Source of the DNA: Rozella allomycis CSF55
Taxonomy: Eukaryota
NCBI GenBank assembly: GCA_000442015.1
Contig: KE561047.1
Span: 79,341-143,340 of the forward strand
DNA length: 64,000 nucleotides
Direction: 5' to 3'
Shown here one piece after another: positions 14,156-27,139 of this stretch (position 1 is the first letter of the stretch; every line of letters starts with the position of its first letter). Below the pieces are notes generated by a model. The model searched no databases and was not told where the DNA came from. It was given only the letters and a program-made list of their open reading frames with translations. The translations under genes were made by a program, and so were the position numbers.

Positions 14156-15535
14156 ATGTCTGGCATAGAACCTCCTACCACAGGAAAGGTCTTATTACAT
14201 ACAAATTATGGTGTGCTTGATATTGAACTTTTCTGCAAAGAGACTCCTGCCACCTGTAGAAATTTTGTACAACTATGCTTGGAAGGGTATTATGATAACA
14301 CTATTTTCCATCGCCTTGTGCCAGGATTCATTATTCAAGGAGGTGATCCTACAGGGAAAGGAAATGGTGGAGAGAGTATTTATGGGCGGCCATTTGAAAA
14401 TGAATTCCATTCACGACTAAAGTTCAACCGAAGGGGATTATTGGGGATGGCTTCCTTGAATGAAAACGAAAATACCTCACAGTTCTTTTTTACCCTTGGT
14501 GAAACATCGGAATTAACAAAGAAAAATACATTGTTTGGAAGGATCGTTGGCGATTCTATATACAACCTATTAAGAATGAGTGAAATAGAGCTAGAGGGAG
14601 AGCGTCCTGTATATCCTCCCATTATTCAGAAAGTTGAAGTTCTTGATCACCCATTTGATGATATTCAAGTTCGAGAACTAAAAAAGGAACCGACTATTAA
14701 CGAAAAGTCCACCAGTGAAAATAAACGTAAAACAATGGCAAAGAAAAACAAAAACCTATTATCATTTGGAGAAGAAGAGATGATAGTTGCAAAAGATGTC
14801 AAAATGAAATCTCTTCATGATTCTATCAAGAATGACCCTAAAATTCGCCCCGAAACTTCAATCGATTTAAATCACACAAAGAAAGATATTAAAGCCATCA
14901 ATACAGAGATTCATCCTTCGCCTCCTCAGAGAAACGTAGATAACATTCCTACTGGGAATGACAACTTATCAAAGCAAAACGATGATCAAAAATTGTAATA
15001 ATTTAGCTGATTTGAAATTTAGAAATATAAAAAAAGAAATTGAAAAAGTTAAACGAGGAATTCAAAAGCTTTCCCAGGTTGACAAACCAAAAACACAAAA
15101 TGAATCGTTGAACAAAGACGACGATGAATACACCAAAAATATTTTATATTTTAAGAAAAAATCCAATAAAATAGATGAAAAAGAAGTATATAGCTTTAAT
15201 TGAATTTAGAATAGAAACTTGCAATTTTGAATCGTTTTAAGAGGAAAATTGGAAAGGCCACCGAGGAAAAAGAAGAAGACGAGCAAAATCAAATAAATGA
15301 AACATCCCAAAAGAAAGTTGAATGCCTTTTGCATAATATTCCAAATCGTGAGTCCTGCCAAGATTCCTTCGGTGAAAAGATAGAAGAAACAGATGAGGGT
15401 TGGCTTGCGCACAAGTTGAAATTTGACAAGAGTTTGGGTTATAAAGACGCGAGGGATGATCCTTCAGAATTGGTCGTCATTGACCCTAGAAAGAAAGCCG
15501 AAGAAATTCTCGGCAAAAAGAAATTAAAAAAATAA
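14156..15535 (+). CDS. CWC27: Spliceosomal cyclophilin Cwc27
   Basis: EPPTTGKVLLHT, CRNFVQLCLEGYY, FENEFHSRLKFNRRGL, C-terminal WLAHKLKF and VVIDPR. 2 introns. Confidence 0.92.
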
Positions 15536-15550
15536 TCTCATTTTTATTAT

Positions 15551-16817
15551 TTATTTTGTTTTTTTGGCTATTAATTTCAAAAATATACTCTTTTTCGATT
15601 TTGTCTCAAGTGGAACTCTCTTTTCTAGTTGTTCTATTTTGGGTTGGGGAGTTTCATCATTATTTATTAAATGTAGAACTTTTAATTTTTTTGGTTTGGA
15701 TTTATTCCTAAATTCAACATTGAACTGGACGTCGGCATCAATATTCAGAAGGTCAGAGGGCAGGGGCTTTAAAGATTCGATCCATTTGTCCAAAACACAG
15801 TTTTGAAATTCTCCATTTAAAAGATTTCCTGGGCAATAATTTTTAATAAAACGCGACAAATCATTCTCACTATGCAACGCTTTGTCTTCTTCTTTGGCAA
15901 AGTCAAAACTCTTATTTGATATAATATCTAAAATTGTTTGAAATCCATGATCGAGTTCAATTGTTATCGACTTCCATTCAATGGCATGATAATTTTTGTC
16001 TAGAATAGGGAAGGTTACAGAGGACGTGAAAATTGGCAAAGGAATAAACCTTTTCTTGTGGAAATGATAAAACTCGAATTGATTTAATTTAATAATAATA
16101 CTTGGTAATCTTTAATGTCCACAATTGTTTGTGAAATTTGAACTAAAAATGACGGAAGCTCCTTTAATGAAACACTAAATCTCACCAAATACACAGCTTT
16201 GAATTCCTTTATACACTAAGAGCTGAATTTACATCCAATTTAACACTATAATCACATTGATAGTTTTCTGGCCATTTGTTTGTGACGACATTTATCTAAA
16301 TAAAGGATACCTGGAAAGTTACTTTAAAAAATATATTATCACAAAATTTATCTATTATATTTGTATCAAGTGTTATCATTAGGCCGCCACCTTTTAAGTA
16401 CACTAAATCACCTTTTAGCTCACTGAAAATCAATTTCCGCTCGTACCATGGAATTATTCGCGAATCAACTTCTTTGCCGTCATAAACAGATACAAATCTA
16501 TCAGAATATAAACAAGTTCTCCTTAGAATATTTCGATGATTCTCTAGAACATGACCTTTGTAATCTATGGCGTTTTGTCTTTTTAGGAGCTGAAGGATTT
16601 GGGAATCAATATTTTCCTTGCGTGGGTTCTGATAATTCATAACTTTTTTGTACAAAGCAGAAAATGGGTTGTCTTTAGCCTTTCCTGCTGTTAATATTCT
16701 TATTCCATCAATTTTCTGGTGCTGTTCGTAGACTCTTTTTAGAAAAGGATACTGGTAAATATTAAGGTGATTATCTTTAAATGCAAAACGAACGGCGGAA
16801 GGTAAAAATGCCCCCAT
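15551..16817 (-). CDS. Hypothetical protein, 4 exons
   Basis: ORFs 16296-16823 and 15551-16039 join in frame through three GT-AG introns of 26-29 nt. No recognised domain. Confidence 0.6.
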
Positions 16818-16881
16818 GGTCAAAATTTCCTAATTCCATAAATCAACTTTGAGGGATTTGTTATCGATAGACGGCGACCAT

Positions 16882-17469
16882 ATGTTTAAAAAGTCCCCGT
16901 ATCATTTAGCAAATTACATCATTAAATGCACCGACAACAAGAAAAGACAGATACACAATGTTAACAAAATCACTGTCAGTTTTCTTGGAAAATATTTCAA
17001 GCGACCAAAAGTATTGAATCCTCAGATTATGTTATTCATTGAAGCCAATAAAGCACCAAACCATTCTCTTAAGGAATATATACAAAAGTGGAATATATTA
17101 GAGGACTCTGAGAAACAAAAGTACAAGAAGCTGAAACAAGAACGCAATAAAGAGTCCCGAGCACAATTTGCTGAATACATAGAGCGTTGTACTCATACGA
17201 TCAATTCACAAAAAGCCTCTTCTATATTTAATAGCATTGTAAGCCAAGTAAAGCTTCCACCCGAAGAAGCTAATTTTATTGAAATCTCAAGCAAAGATCT
17301 ACCAAAGCCCCCGCCACGTAGTTTGTATCATTATATAATGGGAAGATTGAAGCATGATGAAATTTTCGCTGAGCTATCAAGCGAAACAATAGAGAAATAT
17401 AAAATTGATTACGAAAATGATATTTTGAATTATGAAAATGCCTTGAAACAATACATTGAGCGGCAATAA
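16882..17469 (+). CDS. Tandem HMG-box protein (TFAM/Abf2-like)
   Basis: KWNILEDSEKQKY and PKPPPRSLYHY..FAELSSETIEKY..YENALKQY resemble two HMG boxes. Confidence 0.6.
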   Translation: MFKKSPYHLANYIIKCTDNKKRQIHNVNKITVSFLGKYFKRPKVLNPQIMLFIEANKAPNHSLKEYIQKWNILEDSEKQKYKKLKQERNKESRAQFAEYIERCTHTINSQKASSIFNSIVSQVKLPPEEANFIEISSKDLPKPPPRSLYHYIMGRLKHDEIFAELSSETIEKYKIDYENDILNYENALKQYIERQ

Positions 17470-17572
17470 ATTAGTAACTATACGAGCAATAAAAAGGCAA
17501 AAAGAAATTTAATTGAATAATAAATAAAACACGAGGATCCAGTTTATGATTGCCGTAAACAAGAAAATTTAT

Positions 17573-18201
17573 TTATGCCAAAGTTTCTTCTCCACGCAAA
17601 TATTCTCCCAAATCTGCTTGATGGTAGCCAACAATAGCCGTTGGTTCCAAAGTTTTGCATTCGACGGCAGCCCTAGCTGAGACCGCAAATCCCATTGGCT
17701 GATCATTAGCAGAGCATATAATGACACCCTGATGTTGAGGACAATCTTCACTCATTTTTTGTATGTGTGCTTTTAAAACATGATTTCCGTATAGATATGA
17801 CATTTCACCACTTGGTTTTAACCAAACTTTAAACTAATCAAAATATACCACATTCAATTACACGTGCATATTGAGCCAAAATATCTAATGCAGTGATATG
17901 TAGATTAAATTTTCCAGACTTTGTAAATTTGCCCATACAAACACCAAGAGACAAGAGATTATCTCTGCTGACATTAGATGCAAGTTTAGCAAGTTTTTCA
18001 CTTCATTGAAGGAATTTTCAATTAAATACCTGACGTAATATACTCTATCTTTTTGTAAACGGAAACAAAACGGCTCATCTGGTCTATCAATAAGGTCTGT
18101 TATGTTTCTCCCAATACTAAAATATGATGAAAAATATCATTTTACTATTTAGATAGCTTTTCAAATAAAACTCTTGTTTCTGATTCTGTCAACTCACGCA
18201 T
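17573..18201 (-). CDS. NIP7: 60S biogenesis factor Nip7
   Basis: [42 protein letters not shown]. 3 introns. Confidence 0.93.
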
Positions 18202-18510
18202 TAGCCACAATTTTTTTCTCCAGAACTTTTTAACTCTAAAATTATCATTAGAAAAATAAAACCAAAAGTAAGCTCTTTTATTCAATTATCCACATCATCA
18301 TAACTCAATCATCTGAATTATGGACATTTACTAAAGAGTAATAAAGTGGACTTAAAGCCCACATTTTAACAATTATTCTTTTATAGATATATATTTTACA
18401 TTTATTCAAACCCAATTGAAAAAAGCGNTTGAAAAAAAGCGCATCAAAAAAACAATAACCGAAATTCAGTATATTTTTTTGAAAATTCCCAAGACCCCTG
18501 CAAAGAAAAA

Positions 18511-19100
18511 ATGGTAGGTGATCCTAAACTTTTAGTTTCATTGTTTAACAGCAATATAAATCCGATATTAATATGAGCGAATCTCACTGTAGACCACCCG
18601 TTTGAGAAAAACTAGAAAGAAGCGTGGACACGTCTCTGCCGGTCACGGTCGTATTGGTATGTGAATTTTAGTCATGTAAATCTAGGCAAGCACCGCAAAC
18701 ATCCTGGTGGTCGTGGTAAAGCTGGTGGTCAACACCATCACCGTATCAACTTTGACCGATTCCATCCTGGTTACTTTGGAAAGGTCGGTATGCGCCATTT
18801 CCACTTGAACAAAAATAAGTACTGGAGACCAGTTGCCAATCTCGACAAGATGTGGACCATGGTTCCAGAAGATGTCCGTGACAAAGCTCTTTCAGGAAAA
18901 TTGGAAAAGGTATTTTAACAGTTTAAGTGGTATTAAAGGGACAAGCTGTTGTTATCGATACTGTCAAGGCTGGTTTTGCTAAAGTTCTCGGAAAGGGTCG
19001 TCTTCCAGATGTTCCATTGATTGTCAAGTCTCGCTTCTTTAGCAAGAAAGCAGAAGAAAAAATCAAGAAGGCTGGAGGAGCATGTGTTCTTATTGCTTAA
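18511..19100 (+). CDS. RPL28: 60S ribosomal protein uL15 (L27a / yeast L28)
   Basis: [27 protein letters not shown]. Introns of 79, 29 and 29 nt. Confidence 0.95.
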
Positions 19101-19310
19101 ATAAACTCATTCACATATAAATATTAATTCATTTTAGCAATCAATTAAAATATTTTGATTAATATATAATATGATCACATTGAGTGAAGATAATACTGTA
19201 AATGGGTTTCTTTGATATCATGAGTGACCATACTTTTATTGTGATGAATAAGTGAAACATACAAGCCAATTTATTTGAGTCTTGCTAATTTTTATGTGGC
19301 TTGAGCAGGA

Positions 19311-19703
19311 ATGAGTTGTGCCACTTGTAGTTCCTGTGTATGTAAATCAGACAAAGAGATTACAGTTCCCTTTCCCGAAAATTTAAGTAATATTCACGAC
19401 TATATTCTTTTCATGTCCCCGACATCATATTCTTCACAAAGAATCTTGTCCGATCTAGCACATAATTTACCAACAGAAAAGGCTATTGAAGTATTTAAAA
19501 AGCTTTATCATTTAAACTTGTATGACCATTCACTGGCGATATATTTAAAGAATGTACCAGAGCCATTGCATGAAAACATTTATCAAGAACTGGAGGATTT
19601 GAATAGTCAGAAGGTTGCCAAAGTCAATGAGGAAATAGAGTTTTTTGAATGTTTTAATACCACTATTAAACTGAAACGAATGAGATTGCCCAAAGGCTAT
19701 TGA
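19311..19703 (+). CDS. Hypothetical 130-aa protein with N-terminal Cys cluster
   Basis: ATG-initiated intact ORF in a gene-sized gap. Confidence 0.55.
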   Translation: MSCATCSSCVCKSDKEITVPFPENLSNIHDYILFMSPTSYSSQRILSDLAHNLPTEKAIEVFKKLYHLNLYDHSLAIYLKNVPEPLHENIYQELEDLNSQKVAKVNEEIEFFECFNTTIKLKRMRLPKGY

Positions 19704-19777
19704 ATCTTTTCTTTTATGTCAGTATTGATTTTTGAATGAGAAATAGAGTAATAAATTAATTGGTATCATTTATATAT

Positions 19778-19978
19778 TTATTTGGCATTTTTTCTTTTTA
19801 AATATTCTGCTAATAGATGAATGGGATGAATTGTTGTTTCAGGATCTGTTCCTTCTGGCTGCAGCGAAGGATTGGAAGCAGAGTTTGTGTGTTTAACAGA
19901 TTTTAATAATTGTTCGATGGCGGGAAGCAGAGTTGGGAAGACTGATTCTTTTAAATATTCTTCCGAGTCGTCTGTCAT
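19778..19978 (-). CDS. Small Dpy-30/RIIa-like dimerisation-docking domain protein
   Basis: EYLKESVFPTLLPAIEQLL...PIHLLAEYLKRKN pattern. Confidence 0.6.
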   Translation of the reverse strand: MTDDSEEYLKESVFPTLLPAIEQLLKSVKHTNSASNPSLQPEGTDPETTIHPIHLLAEYLKRKNAK

Positions 19979-20090
19979 GTTTTCAAATATAAATATTGAA
20001 TGGTAACCAAGAAGATAAAATGAAAATGGAATTTAAAAGGATATTTCATTTAAATAAGAGAGAGAAATGGAATTTAAAGGTCAATTTTAT

Positions 20091-22455
20091 TTAAGCAGCA
20101 AACAAGAGTTCATAGTATTTTGGATAAGGCCAGATACTATCTTCAACGTAGTGTTCCATTTGATCAACAATGTAGCGAATCTTGTCAAATATTTGAGTGA
20201 ATTCAGAAGCTTTTTCCACTTGTTGTTCAGGTTCTTTTAAATCATTGACTTGTTTGACTAGAGTATCAAGGGAATCAAGAGCAGTGAGAGTCTTTTCAAT
20301 CCACTCAGAAAGAGTGCGCAAGACTTTCTTTTCAGGGGCAGATTCTTTGAGTGCTTCAAGAGCGGTGACACCATCAGCCAAGTCACGGCGATATTTGAAG
20401 ACCGCTGGGAGAACATTAGTTTGAACCATGTATTTGAGAGTGTTTGCTTCAATTAAAAGATCTTTGGTGTATTTTTCAATCAAGACATGATAACGAGATT
20501 CCAATTCATCTTCAGTAAAGACTCCAGTTCTTGTTAACATTTTCTTGTTTTCAGGCGTCAACAGTTGGGCAAAAGCGACTGGAGCAGAACGAATGTTCAA
20601 GAGGCCTCTCTTTTCAGCTTCTTTGACCCATTCTTCAGAATACCCATTGCCTTCAAATCTAATATTTTTAGTTGCAACAATAAAATCTTTAACAACAGAG
20701 AGAATATCTTCCTTTGATGGAACTTGTTTGCTTCCCTTTTTCTTTTCTAAAGCATCACAAACTTGAACTAAACCATCAGCAACAGCAGCGTTTAATAAAC
20801 TCACAGGGAATGAAGGGGATTGTTTAGCACCGACAGCTCTAAACTCAAATTTATTTCCAGTGAATGCAAAAGGCGACGTTCTATTTCTATCAGTTAAATC
20901 TCTAGCGATTGCTGGAAGAGAAGCAATCTTCAAATCAAGAACAGTCCCACCAAGTTTAACAGTTTGAACTTTGTGTTGCGCTGGTGGTCTGTAATCTCTT
21001 CCTTGTTCAATTGAATCCAAAACTTCAGAAAGTTGAGCACCAAGAAACGCTGAAATAATTCCAGGCGGAGCTTCATTCGCACCCAATCGATGTTCATTAG
21101 ACGCAGATGAAATTCCCGCTCTCAACACCCCAGAGAATTTATAAACCCCTTGCAATGTAGCAACTAGAAATAAAAGAAATTGATAATTGTTTTCAGGGGT
21201 TGCTGTTGGATCCAACAAATTCTCTCCCTTGTCAGTGCAGAGAGACCAATTGCAATGTTTTCCTGATCCATTCACTCCCTTAAATGGCTTCTCATGAAAC
21301 AAAACTTTCAACTTGTGACGATGCGCTACTCTGTGCAACGCATCCATCGTCAACAAATTATGATCAACAGCAACTATTTCTTCTCTCATCATTTTTATTA
21401 CTTGTTGCTTCTTCAAATATCGGCGCCATTTCAAACTGCGCTGGAGCGACTTCATTATGGCGTGTCTTCACAGGAACTCCCAACTTCCACAACTCCAATT
21501 CAACTTCAGAAATTGTTGACAAAACCCTCGATGGAATTCTTCCAAAATAATGATCTTCCATTTGCTGATGCTTTGGTGGAACTTTTATTCATCATTTCTA
21601 TTTCATTACCAACCCCTAGCATTGTTCTTCCACAAATCTTCAAATCGGGGCGCAACGCATACAACCCTCGATCAACCAAGAAAAATTCTTGCTCAGTTCC
21701 AAGCGTTGTAAAAACTCTCTTCACATCACTCTTTCCCAACAAATGCAACATTCTTGTAGCCGCACTGGAAATCGCTTCAGTTGATCTAAGCAAAATTGTC
21801 TTTTCATCCAACGCTTCTCCATTATAGGAAATAAACACAGTTGGAATATAAAGCACTTTGGTTCCATGCGGCCCTTTCATCATCCTTAATTCATTTTACC
21901 TTCTTGAACAAACATTGGTGATGAGGTATCCCACACTGTATACCCTCTAGCCTCAAAAGTTGCTCTCATCCCTCCATTCGGAAAACTAGACGCATCCGGC
22001 TCTCCTTGCAACAACTGCGATCCACTAAACGCATCAATCGCTTTAATCTATCCCTTCACCCAAACCACTCTTACCTCCAACCCACTAGACGTAGTATTAT
22101 AAGCAATAGTCAAAAAAGAATCATGCTTCTCAGCAGTGGAATCAGTTTGCGGCTGAAACCAATGCGTAAAATGCGTAGCCCCCTTGTTCATCGCCCACAC
22201 TCGCACAGCATGCGCAATAGCATCGGCCACCTGCTTCGTCATGGTACGCCCGCCCTCCATTTGCTTCTTGAACTCTGCATACACAGGCTTTGGGAGCTCC
22301 TTTTCCATCTTGGCCATCGTAAACACATTCTCGCCAAAGAATTCACTCAATGGAAGTGGCTGAGATGTACTCTCAGATTTAGGGTATGATACGGAACGGG
22401 ATGGACGAGATATTATCTCTTGCACTGCTTCAGTTCGCGCTGTTTGAACAGTCAT
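20091..22455 (-). CDS. Glutamine synthetase type III
   Basis: [78 protein letters not shown]. 4 introns of 26-28 nt. Confidence 0.93.
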
Positions 22456-22745
22456 ATATTGGACAGGGGTTGGGTGGCAGAGCTGATAATATATCACATT
22501 GACAATTGATTCAACCAGACATTAATAAAAAATCTAAAACTAAAATAATATTTGTACACTATTGAAAATGTTTAGGTTGAATTGCCGAATACATCGCATA
22601 ATGATAATGATTCACACCTCGATAACCATCGAGCATCTAATTTTGACTTAATAAATCGTATTGAAACAATTTTAATAAATCTATTACCCAAATCATCGTT
22701 TTGCAAACTCTCTTACATCATTTCAAAACCCTTGTAAAATTGTGA

Positions 22746-24808
22746 ATGTTTTATAGACAACTTCAGCGACGATTATTCCACAATTCGCGTCCATTTTATC
22801 AAACAATTACAAATCAAAATCACACTTCTGGTCCCAAGCAGGTAACATGAATTAATGTTATCCACAGGGTATGGGAATTAAGAGTTACACTGTAATTGAC
22901 CACACATTTGATGCAGTTGTGGTTGGCGCTGGTGGAGCAGGTAATATTTGCTGCATACATAAAAAAGGACTGAGAGCGGCATTTGGATTGGCTGAAGCTG
23001 GCTACCAAGTTGCGTGTGTAACAAAGCTGTTTCCTACGCGTTCGCATACAGTTGCAGCACAGGGAGGGATTAATGCAGCGTTGGGGAATATGGGAAAGGA
23101 TGATTGGAGATGGCACATGTATGATACTGTGAAGGGGAGTGATTGGCTTGGTGATCAAGTAGATTAAATGCTGATGGGATAATAGGATGCGATTCATTAT
23201 ATGTGCAGAGAAGCGCCAAACACGGTGATTGAATTGGAGAACTATGGAGTTCCATTTTCTAGAACAAGAGAAGGCAAGGTGTATCAAAGAGCGTTTGGAG
23301 GCCAATCATTGGAATATGGAAAGGGTGGACAAGCGTATCGTTGTGCTGCGGTTGCGGATAGAACAGGTCATTCAATTCTTCATACACTCTATGGGCAATC
23401 ATTGAAATTTAATACAACATTTTTCATTGAATATTTTGCGCTTGATTTGTTAATGGAAAACGGTAAAGAAAATACTGAATGATGATTAGGTGAATGCAGG
23501 GGGATTTTAGCGTACAATTTGGAGGATGGAACACTTCACAGATTCAGAGCGCATAAAACAGTTTTAGCGACCGGTGGGTATGGACGAGCGTATTTTTCAT
23601 GTACATCAGCGCATACGTGTACCGGCGATGGGAATGCGATGGTGGCGAGAGCTGGACTGCCACTGCAAGATATGGAATTTGTTCAGTTTCATCCAACAGG
23701 CATTTATGGTGCGGGATGTTTAATAACCGAAGGTAAACTTAGAGTAGAGAATTAAGAAAGGGTCGAGAGGTGAAGGTGGCTATTTGTTGAATGGCAAAGG
23801 AGAAAGATTTATGGAAAGATACGCGCCAAGTGCGAAAGATTTGGCTTCAAGGGATGTCGTTAGTAGATCAATGACACTTGAAATAAGGCAGGGGAGAGGA
23901 TGTGGCCCTGAAAAAGATCACATTCATCTTCAGTTGTCACATTTACCCGCAAAAGTATTAAAAGAAAGATTGCCAGGTATTTATCTTTTTTAAAGATCAT
24001 AAAAGGGATTTCTGAAACTGCATCAATCTTTGCAGGGGTGGATGTCACAAAAGATCCAATTCCAGTTCTTCCAACTGTTCATTATAACATGGGTGGAATC
24101 CCAACAAAATACACTGGAGAAGTTTTAACTGTTGATAAAGATGGAAAGGATGCTGTTGTACCTGGATTATACGCAGCTGGAGAAGCAGCGTGTGTTTCTG
24201 TTCACGGCGCTAACAGACTAGGCGCCAATTCTCTATTAGACATCGTTGTGTTTGGCCGTGCGTGTGCTCTACACATTCAAGAAACATTGAAGCCAAACAC
24301 ACCACATAAAGAACTCTCTGCTACAGCTGGCGAAGAATCAATTTCAAACTTTGATAAAATTAGATTCATGAATGGCCAAATCCCAACTTCTCAAATCAGA
24401 TTACAAATGCAAAAAGTTATGCAAAACAACGCAGCTGTTTTCAGAACTCAAGAAACTTTGGACGAGGGTGTTGAAAAGTTGGATAAAGTTGCCTCTTTAA
24501 TGAGCGATGTCAAAAATGCTGATCAGAGTTTGATTTGGAATACAAATCTCGTTGAAACTTTGGAACTGCAAAATTTAATGACAAACGCTGTTCAAACAAT
24601 GTATTCTGCAAGAGATAGAAAAGAAAGCAGAGGTGCTCATGCAAGGGAAGATTTCAAAGAAAGAGATGACGTTAATTGGATGAAACATACCCTCTCTTGG
24701 CATGATGATAAATCTCTTAAAACTACAATCAGCTACCGCGCTGTAAATATGAAAACTTTGGATGAAAATGAATGCAAGTCGGTTCCTCCAATGAAAAGAG
24801 TTTATTAA
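22746..24808 (+). CDS. SDH1: Succinate dehydrogenase flavoprotein subunit
   Basis: [32 protein letters not shown]. Introns 22842-22867, 22941-22967, 23159-23185, 23463-23489, 23733-23760, 23977-24005. Confidence 0.97.
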
Positions 24809-24931
24809 ACTTTCTTTTATTACATTTATCATTATTATTCATCTTATATTCGATTTTTATTCTTTTGTTCATTCCATTTCATTTAATGGTCTCCTTGGCA
24901 TTGTAATTACACGGTATCCAAGAAAAGGTAG

Positions 24932-25768
24932 ATGTCCAGCACTACATTGTCCTACCTGGCAGGAATAATAACAAGCCAAATCTCACTTAACACTATACTT
25001 GCCGTTAAAAAGTACCAGGTAGACTACAAAGAAGGCGTCAAACATCAAAGACATATTATGACCGCTTTATGCACAGTGACCCTTATCCTTTATTCTGCAA
25101 CTTCAATTCACTTGTGCTTAAATCCAGATCAAATTCCAACAAACAGGGCGGCCGCTTATCTACTTGTAATTGGTGTGTCAACCTCTGGTGTTCTCTTGTC
25201 TATGATATCCTCTTTCAAATACGCCTCTGTTGTCAAAAATTCAAAAAGAAGAAAAATATTATCAAGATTCATCGTAATCACACTCGCAATCACCGTCGTT
25301 TTCATGGTCATTATGGGCTCAAGAGATGTATACTACGCTCCAGTACTTCCTGCAAAGTTCTCTATGGCATACTCCCTGTCAACTATAGTTCCTGTCCTTT
25401 TAGGTATCTTCATTAACAGCTTCTTATTTACCTATGCAATCATTACTCACATTCGCACATTCGCCACTCCGAACAGGTCCACCTACTTGAAACTTGTCAC
25501 TACCGCCAACACATTAAACGTTCTCAATCTTGCATTCTGTGCCTTAATTATCTTTGTTGCATTGAAATTTGGGGGAACTCCCTTAATGACTCCGTTGGTT
25601 GTCTTTTCAGAAAACGCAATATTGATAGTTTTGACTCTGGGCGACTTTTATACTAATAGCGTGTCTAACAAACCCACAAAAGTTAATAATAGCTCGGTTC
25701 GAGGAAAATCTACGGCTGGTCAGCCTCTTGTTCCAGCACATCCGCCAGTTGCATCCAGCGCTCTTTAA
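24932..25768 (+). CDS. Intronless ~7-TM membrane protein, paralog A
   Basis: About seven hydrophobic segments and a Ser/Lys-rich tail. Aligns throughout with 26297-27139. Confidence 0.8.
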   Translation: MSSTTLSYLAGIITSQISLNTILAVKKYQVDYKEGVKHQRHIMTALCTVTLILYSATSIHLCLNPDQIPTNRAAAYLLVIGVSTSGVLLSMISSFKYASVVKNSKRRKILSRFIVITLAITVVFMVIMGSRDVYYAPVLPAKFSMAYSLSTIVPVLLGIFINSFLFTYAIITHIRTFATPNRSTYLKLVTTANTLNVLNLAFCALIIFVALKFGGTPLMTPLVVFSENAILIVLTLGDFYTNSVSNKPTKVNNSSVRGKSTAGQPLVPAHPPVASSAL

Positions 25769-26296
25769 CATAATAAACTCTGAAAAACAAAATATCGTCA
25801 TATTTTGTTTTTTATGTTTTATTTGGAGTTAAGAGGTACTACATTAATAAATCTTCCTCGGAGTCAGAAAGGCACTGCTATTCCTTGATTTAAACAGTTC
25901 ATTCGTTAAATATGGAATTCATTATATCAAGTAAATTTGGATTTGAAAACTTCAAGATGTCTTTTCCCAACTGAATAAAACCAGCCTCGCCAATCAACTG
26001 ATTCAACTCCTCTTCCTGATTAATAGGTTCGTGTACGAATGGTATTCTCTGAATGTAAACTTCATAATAGCAGTGCTTTTGGTTCCTTTGGGATTTTGAG
26101 ACGTCGGGTACATTCCATGTTAATCGTTTCTTATTCCATAATACTCTTCGATGTAGCGTTAATTCTTGAACCCAAGAAACTCACTGAAGTATAGTAAATT
26201 GAAACGGATTAATGAAAGAAACATTATGATTTAAGACTTAAATGTGCTGTCTGTACTTAATAATACCGTTGTTTTGCGGTAACTAAGATTCACCCA

Positions 26297-27139
26297 ATGT
26301 CATCATCTACATTGCCTTTTCTTGCTGGAATTATTGCCTCTGGAATATCTTTGAATATTATTCTTTCTATTAAAAAATATTATAGAGACCATTCAGAGGA
26401 TGTCAAGCATCAACGGCACAAGTTAACAGCCCTAGCGACGTTAACTCTTCTGCTCTATTCATCAACGTCAATTAATTTATGCTTGCATCCAGATGAAATT
26501 CCGACGAATAGAACAGCCGCGTATTTACTTGTAACAGGTGTATCAACGACAGGGGGATTGCTATCAATACTTTCATCCCTCAAATATACATCAGTGGTGA
26601 CGAATGCAACAGTAAGAAATCGACTGTCAAAATTTATAATTATTATTTTAGCAGCTACAGTCCTATTTATGATAGTTATGGGTTCTAGAGACGTATATAA
26701 TGCTCCAATACTTCCCGCTCGTTTTTCAATGCCATATTCTCTCTCCACCATAGTCCCCGTCCTTTTGGCTATCTTTGTAAATGGTGTACTGTTTTCATAC
26801 ACCATTATAACTCATATGCGCCAAATTGCTACTACAAACAAATCTACGTACAAGAAACTGGTCACTACAGTCAACATTTTAAACGTATTAACACTTCTAT
26901 TCTGGGCTGAAATCATTGTTGTATCTTTAATATATGGAGGAACTCCATTAATGACTCCGCTAGTGGTTTGTTCACAAAATGCGATTTTGTTGGTCTTAAC
27001 TCTTGGGGATCTTTACACTAAAAACGTTTCCAGAAAATCAAAAAAAGGAAGCAGCAGCAACTTTAGGAGTAAAACTGAAGGAATAACGGGTTCTACAACT
27101 CTCAATAAAATGAAAAGCGACATTAGTGTGCTAAAATAA
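26297..27139 (+). CDS. Intronless ~7-TM membrane protein, paralog B
   Basis: Shares IPTNR.AAYLLV.GVST, MGSRDVY.AP.LPA.FSM.YSLSTIVPVLL and GGTPLMTPLVV with paralog A. Confidence 0.8.
   Translation: MSSSTLPFLAGIIASGISLNIILSIKKYYRDHSEDVKHQRHKLTALATLTLLLYSSTSINLCLHPDEIPTNRTAAYLLVTGVSTTGGLLSILSSLKYTSVVTNATVRNRLSKFIIIILAATVLFMIVMGSRDVYNAPILPARFSMPYSLSTIVPVLLAIFVNGVLFSYTIITHMRQIATTNKSTYKKLVTTVNILNVLTLLFWAEIIVVSLIYGGTPLMTPLVVCSQNAILLVLTLGDLYTKNVSRKSKKGSSSNFRSKTEGITGSTTLNKMKSDISVLK

Noticed and set aside
22941-22967. Nine-residue insertion in the SDH1 FAD-binding motif (similarly VILILKFPK in OCRL)
   Set aside because: These are stop-free 27-nt GT-AG introns read through by the ORF finder.
20197-23305. 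Antisense ORFs over GSIII and SDH1, and similar ones elsewhere
   Set aside because: Shadow frames of conserved genes with no independent motifs.
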